From Abditibacterium sp. (GTDB taxonomy: Bacteria; Armatimonadota; Abditibacteriia; Abditibacteriales; Abditibacteriaceae), in assembly GCA_965246885.1 (NCBI GenBank), contig OZ251992.1, positions 2,720,001-2,784,000 on the forward strand: a stretch of 64,000 bases of DNA, read 5' to 3'. The notes under the pieces were generated by a model that was not told where the DNA came from, did not search any database, and saw nothing but the letters and a program-made list of their open reading frames with translations. Made by a program: the position numbers and the translations under genes. How positions within the stretch are numbered: the stretch's first letter is position 1; each line of letters begins with the position of its first letter. Below, in pieces: positions 21,063 through 28,591 of the stretch.

Positions 21063-21113
21063 CATCAACACGCCCGCCCCGGTGGAATTTCCACCGGGGC
21101 GGGCGTGTTGATG
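21063..21113. repeat. 25-bp perfect inverted repeat (terminator/REP-like)
   Basis: catcaacacgcccgccccggtggaa-t-ttccaccggggcgggcgtgttgatg. Confidence 0.85.
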
Positions 21114-21132
21114 ACCGGGCCGCGCCGCTCAC

Positions 21133-21300
21133 CCGCCGTGCCGTGCCGACGAGTGGCGCGGGCACGTCACTCGAAGACTTAGCCGCGCCGACGGAAGAAT
21201 TGGCTTGGAATCGAAAGACTTAGCCGCGCCAACCGTTGAATTAGCCGCGTCAATCGTTCGCCGGGGCGGGCGAGACAATGGCGCGGCTAATTCAACGGAA
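21133..21300. repeat. degenerate 21-bp-period tandem array 2
   Basis: ttagccgcg/ttggct cores at 21179, 21200, 21220 and 21241. An inverted copy (gcgcggctaattcaacgg) lies at 21281. Confidence 0.8.
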
Positions 21301-21374
21301 GAAACACGCCTTGCGCGTCGGAACATGGCTATCCGTTTCCCCAAACTACGTCGCTTTGCCAAACTGGGGCGCCC

Positions 21375-22844
21375 ATGAAGATTGCATTTATCGCCGCCGA
21401 GTGCGCGCCCTTTGCCAAGACGGGCGGATTGGGCGATGTCGTCGGCGCCCTGCCCAAGGCTTTGACGGCGTTAGGGCACGACGTCCGCGTCTTTTTGCCG
21501 CTTTATGCTTCAATTAACCGCGCCAAGTTTGGCATTGTGCCGTCGGGCAGCTTGTGCGCGCACATGGGCGCGGGCGAGGAGATTTGGCTCGGCCTCCACG
21601 AGGGGCGCTTGGGGGACGGCACGCCCGTCACCTTCTTGGAATACGACCGCTTTTACGGGCGGCGCGGGGTGTATGGCGAGCCGGAGGAATACCGCGACAA
21701 CGCTTTTCGCTTCGCGCTCTTGCCCAAGGCGGCCTTGCAGTGGTGCAAGGACTTCGGCTGGACGCCGGACGTGGTGCACGTTCACGATTGGTCGAGCGCG
21801 CTCGGCGCGGTGTTTTTGAAGACGTGGGATCGGATTCTCTCGCCCCTGTCGGAAACGGCGTCCGTTCTGACCATCCACAACATCGGCTACGCGGGCAAGT
21901 TCGACCGCTTCGCGCTGAAATTCATCGGCGTCGGGGAAGAGTATTTCAACTCCGAAGTGTTCGAAGACGGCGGCCAGATCAATTTGCTCAAGGCCGGTAT
22001 TCACTTCGCCGACGCGATTACGACGGTTTCGCCGACGCACGCGCACGAGATTTTGGGGCCGATTGGCGGGCAGGGGTTGGCGCCGTATCTGAACAACCGG
22101 CGGGGCGACGTGTCGGGCATCCTGAACGGCGTGGACTACGAAGACTGGAACCCCGAAAGCGACCCGCATATCCCCGCGCAGTACGGGGCATCGGACTTAA
22201 GCGGCAAGGCGATTTGCAAGGCGGCGCTTCAAGAGCGCTTCGGCCTCCGTTTTGAACCCAAGACCCCCATTTTCGGCGTCGTCAGTCGCTTTGCCTCGCA
22301 GAAAGGCTTCGATTTGTTGCAAGCGGCGCTTCCGAGGGCGCTGGAGCAGATGCGCATGCAACTGGTCGTGCTTGGGACAGGCGACCCGCAGACCGAGGCG
22401 TTTTTCAACGACCTTGCGCGGCGCTTTCCCGGCCAAGTGGGGGTGTTCATCGGCTTTTCGGTGGAACTGTCGCACTTAGTCGAGGCGGGCAGCGACTTCT
22501 TTTTGATGCCCTCCATCTACGAGCCGTGCGGCCTGAACCAGTCGTATTCGATGCGCTATGCTACTTTGCCGCTCGTGCGGGCAACGGGAGGGCTGGACGA
22601 CACCGTTCATAACTACGACGAGAAAACGGGGCGCGGCACCGGCTTCAAGTTTTGGGACATAGACCCGGCGGCGCTATATTACTGCATCGGCTGGGCGGTT
22701 TCGACATGGTTTGACCGTCCCGCGCACATCGAGAAGCTGCGCCGCGCGGCAATGGCGCAGGAGTTTTCATGGCGCGACTCGGCGCGGCAATACGTGGCCG
22801 TTTACGAGCACGCGCTGAGGAACAAAAGGAGCGGCGCGGTGTGA
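21375..22844 (+). CDS. glgA: glycogen synthase
   Basis: KTGGLGDV, HVHDW, TIHN, ILNGVD, SRF..QKG and PSIYEPCGL motifs. Confidence 0.97.
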   Translation: MKIAFIAAECAPFAKTGGLGDVVGALPKALTALGHDVRVFLPLYASINRAKFGIVPSGSLCAHMGAGEEIWLGLHEGRLGDGTPVTFLEYDRFYGRRGVYGEPEEYRDNAFRFALLPKAALQWCKDFGWTPDVVHVHDWSSALGAVFLKTWDRILSPLSETASVLTIHNIGYAGKFDRFALKFIGVGEEYFNSEVFEDGGQINLLKAGIHFADAITTVSPTHAHEILGPIGGQGLAPYLNNRRGDVSGILNGVDYEDWNPESDPHIPAQYGASDLSGKAICKAALQERFGLRFEPKTPIFGVVSRFASQKGFDLLQAALPRALEQMRMQLVVLGTGDPQTEAFFNDLARRFPGQVGVFIGFSVELSHLVEAGSDFFLMPSIYEPCGLNQSYSMRYATLPLVRATGGLDDTVHNYDEKTGRGTGFKFWDIDPAALYYCIGWAVSTWFDRPAHIEKLRRAAMAQEFSWRDSARQYVAVYEHALRNKRSGAV

Positions 22845-22878
22845 GGGCGCACGCGCTCCGCTTGGCAAACTGGAAGAA

Positions 22879-23541
22879 ATGACTATCCCTGAATTCGATA
22901 TACTGTGGCGCGCGCGCCACCAAGCGAGCGCTCTGGAGCAATGCTTTGAAGCGGCGCAGACCGCCGATAACTTCGAGTGGCAGTGGCGCATGGCGCGCCT
23001 CGCGCACTTCATGGGGATGCAGGCCCAAGAAGCCGGGGACACTTCCGAAGCGTTGGAGCAGTTCCAGATAGGCAAAAGCGCCGCCGACTTAGCCCATTTG
23101 CAGAAGCCGCGCAGCGTGGAATCGAGCTTTTGGCTGGCCACATGCGAACTGGAGCGCGCGCGCCTCAGAGGGCCAGTGGCCGTTGCCGCCATTTTGAACC
23201 GCGCGCAGAAACTCTTAGAGCGGGCACTGGGCGCGGACGAGAGTTTCCACTTCGCGGGGCCACTGCGGGTGATGGGCCGGATGGTGCAACTCAAGCCGCT
23301 TGTGATGGGCGGCAGTTTAGACCGCGCCCTCACCTTTTACGAGCGCGCCTTGCAATTGTTCCCGCGCCATTCCACGACGCGCTTGTATCTGGCGGACGCC
23401 TTGATTTCCGACCGCCGCCCCAAGGAAGCGCGCGAAGCGCTCCACTTGGTGTTGGAGGGCAGCGACCCGCAAGATTGGGCATGGGAAACGGCGCGCGACC
23501 AGAAACTGGCACGCGCGTGGCTCGCGGAGCGGCTGGATTAG
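22879..23541 (+). CDS. TPR-like helical protein (TatT-like)
   Basis: Helical repeats, GPLRVMGR, AL..YERAL and YLADAL. Confidence 0.65.
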   Translation: MTIPEFDILWRARHQASALEQCFEAAQTADNFEWQWRMARLAHFMGMQAQEAGDTSEALEQFQIGKSAADLAHLQKPRSVESSFWLATCELERARLRGPVAVAAILNRAQKLLERALGADESFHFAGPLRVMGRMVQLKPLVMGGSLDRALTFYERALQLFPRHSTTRLYLADALISDRRPKEAREALHLVLEGSDPQDWAWETARDQKLARAWLAERLD

Positions 23542-23715
23542 GGCGCATTTTGCGGCACGGTGTCGCGGGGGTTGCAATACTGGGCGCCGCTTCCGCGCGC
23601 CAAGGGAAAGCACCCGGAAAAACACACACAGGTTTTTTTGGGAATATTTGGCCGTTCTCAGGCGTCGGGAGGTTGGCAACGAGCATTTTGAGCCGCAGTT
23701 CGTGCCCGCAATTTC

Positions 23716-24984
23716 ATGTTTCGAGTTGTCATTACAGGTGTGGGCGCCGTGTCGCCTTTTGGAGTGGGTTGGGATGCTTGGGTGCAAGGGTTGCGCGCGG
23801 GCACTTCCGCCACGCGGCGCATCGCGCTGTTTGACCCGGCATCCCCGGTTCCCGACGCGCCGCATATCGAGGCGTTGGCGTGCCAAGTCGCCGCCGAAGT
23901 CCCCAACTTTTCGCCGTCTCATTGGGTCGCGCCCAAAGACCTCGACCGCGTGCCGCGCGTGGTGCCCCTCGCCCTTGCCGCGACGCGCGAAGCGCTCGAT
24001 AACGCCGGTTTGTCCGACATGAGCGCAGCCCAAAAGTCGGCGACGGGCGTGGTGCTCGGCAGTGGCGGCGGCGGCTCGTCGTATTCCGAGACGCAATTGC
24101 ACAACTGGTATTTGCAAGTGGGCCGCGTCTCGCCTTACGCCATTTCCAGTTCCATCGCGGGCATGGTGTCGAGTGAGATTTCCATCGCGCACGGCTTTCG
24201 CGGGCGCTCGCACACCGTCTCCGATGGCTGCACTTCTTCCTCCGACGCGCTTGGTTATGCGCTCGATTTAGTTCGGTCTGGGAGGGAAAAGCGCCTGCTT
24301 GTCGGCGGCGCGGATGGCTGCGTGACTCCCGGCATGATGGCGGGCTTCGAGCTAATGCGCGCCGTCCCGACGCATTGGAACGACTGCCCTGCCAAAGCCT
24401 CGCGCCCGTTCTGCTTAGACCGCAACGGCTTCGTGCTCGGCGAGGGTTCGTGGATGTTCGTCGTCGAGGAGTTGGAAACAGCCTTGGCGCGCGGCGCGCG
24501 CATCCGCGCCGAAATCTGCGGCTACGGCGCGACGTGCGAAGCGTATCACCGCGTCGCGCTTAAAGAACCCGACGAAGCCGCGCGCGCCATGACAATGGCC
24601 CTTCAAGACGCGGGCATCGAAGCGGCGCAACTCGACTACGTGAACCTGCACGGCACCGCGACGCCGCTCAACGACCCCCTCGAAACCGCCGCCATCAAAA
24701 TGGCTCTTGGCGAGACCGCCTTCTCGACGCCGATGAGTTCGACCAAATCGCAAATCGGCCACCCGCAAGGCGCGAGCGGCTCGGCGGGCATCGCCGCGAT
24801 TCTGGCGGGGATGGAGGGCAACTTTGCGCCGCCCACGATTAACCTCGACAACCCTGACCCCGCCTGCGACCTTGATTACACCCCGCTCCATGCGCGCGAG
24901 TTGAACATCGAATGGGCGTTGGCGAACTGCTTGGGCTTTGGCTCCAAAAACGCGGCGCTCGTGTTGCGGCGCGGCGCGGGCTAA
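23716..24984 (+). CDS. beta-ketoacyl-ACP synthase II (FabF-like)
   Basis: VVITGVG, catalytic DGCTSS, HGTAT, GHPQGASG and GFGSKNA motifs. Confidence 0.92.
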   Translation: MFRVVITGVGAVSPFGVGWDAWVQGLRAGTSATRRIALFDPASPVPDAPHIEALACQVAAEVPNFSPSHWVAPKDLDRVPRVVPLALAATREALDNAGLSDMSAAQKSATGVVLGSGGGGSSYSETQLHNWYLQVGRVSPYAISSSIAGMVSSEISIAHGFRGRSHTVSDGCTSSSDALGYALDLVRSGREKRLLVGGADGCVTPGMMAGFELMRAVPTHWNDCPAKASRPFCLDRNGFVLGEGSWMFVVEELETALARGARIRAEICGYGATCEAYHRVALKEPDEAARAMTMALQDAGIEAAQLDYVNLHGTATPLNDPLETAAIKMALGETAFSTPMSSTKSQIGHPQGASGSAGIAAILAGMEGNFAPPTINLDNPDPACDLDYTPLHARELNIEWALANCLGFGSKNAALVLRRGAG

Positions 24985-24993
24985 ACAGCGACC

Positions 24994-25503
24994 ATGAGCA
25001 TAGAGTCGGCAGTTCTGGGCACTATTTCGGCGGCGGTGACGCCCGTCGTGATGATTTCGGCGTGCGGCACCCTCACCTTGGGCGTCAACAACCGGCAGCA
25101 GAACCTCACCACGCTGATCCGCGAGGCCGCCAAAGAAAGCCGCGCGCATGGCGTATCGCCCGAACGCCAAGCGCAACTGCGGGAGCAAATCGTCATCTGG
25201 CACCGCCGCTTCTATTACTCTTGGCTGGCAACGTGCGCGCTGTATGGCGCCATCGGCTGCTTCCTCTTCACGACGCTTGGCATCGTATGGGCCGGACGGC
25301 GCCTGAGCGCCGCGCCCTTTTGGGTGCTCCTGCTGTTCGAGGCGGGCGTGGCGCTGATGCTTCTGGCATCCGTTGGCGTCGTGGGCGAAGTGGCGCTGTC
25401 CAAAACCACGCTCGGCATCGAAATCCGCGACCTCTCCCTCCCCCTGCGCCGCTTCGGAGCGCGCCACCATGACGATGAGGACGAAGAGCATCAGGCGCCG
25501 TAA
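24994..25503 (+). CDS. DUF2721-like membrane protein
   Basis: AVTPVVMISACG..NNR followed by hydrophobic helices. Confidence 0.75.
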   Translation: MSIESAVLGTISAAVTPVVMISACGTLTLGVNNRQQNLTTLIREAAKESRAHGVSPERQAQLREQIVIWHRRFYYSWLATCALYGAIGCFLFTTLGIVWAGRRLSAAPFWVLLLFEAGVALMLLASVGVVGEVALSKTTLGIEIRDLSLPLRRFGARHHDDEDEEHQAP

Positions 25504-25521
25504 GCGCACAATCAGCCTAAG

Positions 25522-26244
25522 ATGTTCCCCATGAAACTCTGGCCTCCCTCTTACCCGACGCCCCAGCTCGACGCGCCCGAACTGCTCGATTCGCGCACGT
25601 TTTCGCGGGCGGAAGTGGCGCGCTCGCTACGCGATGTGGCGCGCATCAACTCCTTTCTGGGCGCGACGGCGCCGCTTTACCAGAGCGTGTGGGCGATGTG
25701 CGCGCGCGCGTCGGGCGAAACGGTGACGGTGCTGGATGTCGGCGCGGGCAACGGCGACTTCGCGCGGCGCTTGTTGGCGCAGGCCGCGCGGCGCGGGGTG
25801 AAGCTGCGAGTGATTGCGCTCGATATTTCGGCGCTGCACCTCGACATCGCGCGCGAGCATTTGAACGGCGCGGCGTGCGAGTTCCTACAAGCGGACGTCT
25901 TCGCGCTTCCGCTCCCGAATCAGTCCGTTGACATCGTGACTTCGAGCTTGTTCCTGCACCACTTCCGGCCCCCGCAAATCGCGGCGCTGCTTCAGGAGTG
26001 CGCGCGGGTGGCGCGGGTGGGAATAGCAATGAGCGACTGCGCGCGCGATGCGGTTGCGCTGGGCAGTTTCCGCGTTTTGCGGCCCATTTTGGCGCGCTCG
26101 TTCTTGACGCGCTTCGATGCGCTCGCCTCGATTCGGCGTTCGTACACGCCCGAAGAGATGGGCCTCGTTGTTGCTTCGTTGCGCGGCGCGACGGTGCGCG
26201 GCTACTTCCCGTATCGTCTCCAAGTCGAATGGATGCGCTCTTAG
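25522..26244 (+). CDS. class I SAM-dependent methyltransferase
   Basis: ELLD, INSFLG, VLDVGAGNGD, SLFLHHF and SIRRSY motifs. Confidence 0.9.
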   Translation: MFPMKLWPPSYPTPQLDAPELLDSRTFSRAEVARSLRDVARINSFLGATAPLYQSVWAMCARASGETVTVLDVGAGNGDFARRLLAQAARRGVKLRVIALDISALHLDIAREHLNGAACEFLQADVFALPLPNQSVDIVTSSLFLHHFRPPQIAALLQECARVARVGIAMSDCARDAVALGSFRVLRPILARSFLTRFDALASIRRSYTPEEMGLVVASLRGATVRGYFPYRLQVEWMRS

Positions 26245-27377
26245 GGGAATTTGATGTGGCCGTTGTCGGCGCGGGGTTGGCGGGAGGTTGCGCCGCCATC
26301 TTGCTGGCTCAAAGTGGGGCGCGCGTCGTGCTACTTGATGCCGGAACTCCCGGTGCTCAGAAGGTGTGCGGCGAGTTCCTCTCGCCCGAAAGCCGCGCGC
26401 AACTGACGCGACTGGGCATCTGGGACGCCATGCAAGCCGCCGGTGCCCTGCCCGTTTCGGATGCGCGCATCCTCACCACGAAGCGGCGCGGGCACGCGAT
26501 TTCTTTGTCGGACGAGGGGGTGGCCTTGTCGCGCGCGGCGTTGGACGCAATTTTGTGGGCGCGCGCCGGGGAAGTCGGCGTCCAAACCCATGCCCATACC
26601 CCCGTCCAAAGCATCGAGCGCGCATCGGACGGCGCGTTTCTGGTTCACACGCGCGGCGGCGATTTTCGAGCGCGGTTCGTGCTGAGCGCGACGGGGCGCA
26701 CATCCAAATTGGGGCGCACGGGCGACGGCGCGCCCGAACCCAAGCAGCGATTCGTTGGCCTCAAAACGCATCTTCTCGGCGCGCGCGTCGGGCGCGGCGA
26801 GGTCGCGGTCTATCCGTTTAAGGGCGGCTATTGTGGCTTGGTGGGCGTCGAGGACGGGCGCGTCAACGCGTGTTTGCTCGCGCCGTATGCCCGCTTGAAA
26901 GGACGCTCGCCCGCCGCGCTGTGGGAGGAAGTGTGCCGCGAGAACTGCGCCCTCTCCGAAGCGACGCACGGAGCGACGCCCGCGTTCGAGTGGATTGCGA
27001 CCGGCAACGTGTCCTTCGAGCGCTTCGCCCCCATCCGCGACGGCGTGCTGCGCGTCGGCGATGCGGCGGGCTACATCCATCCCCTGTCGGGCGACGGCAT
27101 GGCGATGGCGCTGCGATCGGGCGAACTGGCCGCCCGCACCGTTCAACACGCGCTGCGCTATACCCAGTCGCCCCTTGCCGCCGCCGACACTTACGCTCTC
27201 TTGTGGAACCGCGAGTTCGCCCGCCGTCTGCGCTGGGCGCGCACGCTCCAACCCTTCTTCTCGCGCCCGATGTGGGCGAACACAATGATCTTCTGGGCGA
27301 ACCTCTTCCCCACCCTCACCCGCCTCACAACGGCGAAGTTGCGCGGACGCCCCCCAGTGCGGTACAGGTCGGAGTAG
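26229..27377 (+). CDS. NAD(P)/FAD-dependent oxidoreductase (geranylgeranyl reductase/monooxygenase-like)
   Basis: VVGAGLAG, KVCGEFLS and VGDAAG.IHPLSGDGMAMA motifs. Overlaps the methyltransferase stop. Confidence 0.9.
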   Translation: MDALLGEFDVAVVGAGLAGGCAAILLAQSGARVVLLDAGTPGAQKVCGEFLSPESRAQLTRLGIWDAMQAAGALPVSDARILTTKRRGHAISLSDEGVALSRAALDAILWARAGEVGVQTHAHTPVQSIERASDGAFLVHTRGGDFRARFVLSATGRTSKLGRTGDGAPEPKQRFVGLKTHLLGARVGRGEVAVYPFKGGYCGLVGVEDGRVNACLLAPYARLKGRSPAALWEEVCRENCALSEATHGATPAFEWIATGNVSFERFAPIRDGVLRVGDAAGYIHPLSGDGMAMALRSGELAARTVQHALRYTQSPLAAADTYALLWNREFARRLRWARTLQPFFSRPMWANTMIFWANLFPTLTRLTTAKLRGRPPVRYRSE

Positions 27378-27657
27378 TTGCGGTTGATACCGACACGGCC
27401 AAACCCCGTTCATCATCGAAATGGACAATCCCGCAACAGCCGCGAATGAAACGGCCCCTGCCGCGCGATGTCATGCGCCGGGGACAAACGCGGAATATCG
27501 AACAACTTGCGATTCAGCGCCTTCGAGACGCCGATCAAAAGAGCAGCCACACCCCCCAGTGTCGCAACGCGCGCGCCAAATTCGGCGGCCTGAGTAGCGA
27601 ACGCGCGGCACTTGGGTGTTTAGGTTGTGCCGAGCCCTTTTCCACATCTCCCTCCGC

Positions 27658-27684
27658 TTTGATGAAGTTTTATGGCTGTCCTTT
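27658..27684 (-). pseudogene. remnant copy of the RBS and first codons of gene 27719-28582
   Basis: 25/27-nt identical to 28567-28593. ATG is mutated to ATA and the frame stops after 17 codons. Confidence 0.6.
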
Positions 27685-27718
27685 GCAAAACGGCACTTCT
27701 ACTTATGAGCTTTTACTC

Positions 27719-28582
27719 TTAGTTCTTCAGCATACCCTTCGAGCGGAACAACTCAGTTCTCCTTTTGATTTCCCTAATATGCCATTGAGCTAACGTATGT
27801 TCAGGACTTCCCTGCGGAACGATGGACACATAGCGGTCGTAGTGAACGATTGCGCTCCTCCCCTCTTTTTCAGACGCGAAGAGGCCAAATTTGTCTTCAT
27901 GAAGACTTGCAATCAAAAATAGAGATTTTGGATCTCTGGGAAATGCCTTTTGATATTCACTGTCCCACCCCTCCGCAATGGGAAGAGTTACGTCATCTTC
28001 CCCCAGCTTATAAGCGAAGACGTATTTGAGGTAGTAGTCCTTTGTATCACGCTTGGCCAAGCGATATAAGCACCTCTTCAAATAAAGAGGCGCGTTGTTG
28101 TCCCACTTGCTTTCCCACAAGAGAAAGAAGATGCGCAAACGAGTATATTGGTAGCTCTTCGTGAACGAGGAGGCTTGTTCCAAACCAGCGCTGACACCTT
28201 TGACTACGGCTACGACATCCACGCCCGGCAACCTGCTCTTGCGGGCGAAATAGACGCCATAAGCCCATCGGAATTGGGCTTGGGCGTCAATAGGCTTCTT
28301 CAATGCCACCTTTTTGTATGCCGCGACAATGGCTATTGGCTTAGGCGACTTGAGCAATTGGCTCTCAACACTCTTGCGGATAGACACGAAAGGGCGGTCG
28401 TTTTCAGTCCACGCCTGCGCCGTCCAGTGAAAGTAGCCGCCCGGTTGGTCGCCTGAAATATAGGCACCGTGATCTAGCTTCCCCTCCACAGGAATAGGCG
28501 TCGGCGCAGGCGCAGCCATTGTCACTGCTCCTGCTAACCCGCACAAAAGGCACCCGATGAGGCTTGTTTGATGAAGTTTCAT
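27719..28582 (-). CDS. secreted helical hypothetical protein (possible immunity/partner protein)
   Basis: Signal peptide, AT-richer codons, AGGA RBS, and only 9 nt downstream of the large secreted gene. Confidence 0.75.
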   Translation of the reverse strand: MKLHQTSLIGCLLCGLAGAVTMAAPAPTPIPVEGKLDHGAYISGDQPGGYFHWTAQAWTENDRPFVSIRKSVESQLLKSPKPIAIVAAYKKVALKKPIDAQAQFRWAYGVYFARKSRLPGVDVVAVVKGVSAGLEQASSFTKSYQYTRLRIFFLLWESKWDNNAPLYLKRCLYRLAKRDTKDYYLKYVFAYKLGEDDVTLPIAEGWDSEYQKAFPRDPKSLFLIASLHEDKFGLFASEKEGRSAIVHYDRYVSIVPQGSPEHTLAQWHIREIKRRTELFRSKGMLKN

Positions 28583-28591
28583 GGGTGTCCT

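Noticed and set aside
27378..27657. Gene or transposase remnant (minus-strand RQGPFHSRLLRD)
   Set aside because: The frame has no convincing start, and similarity to Y1 transposases is too weak to support.
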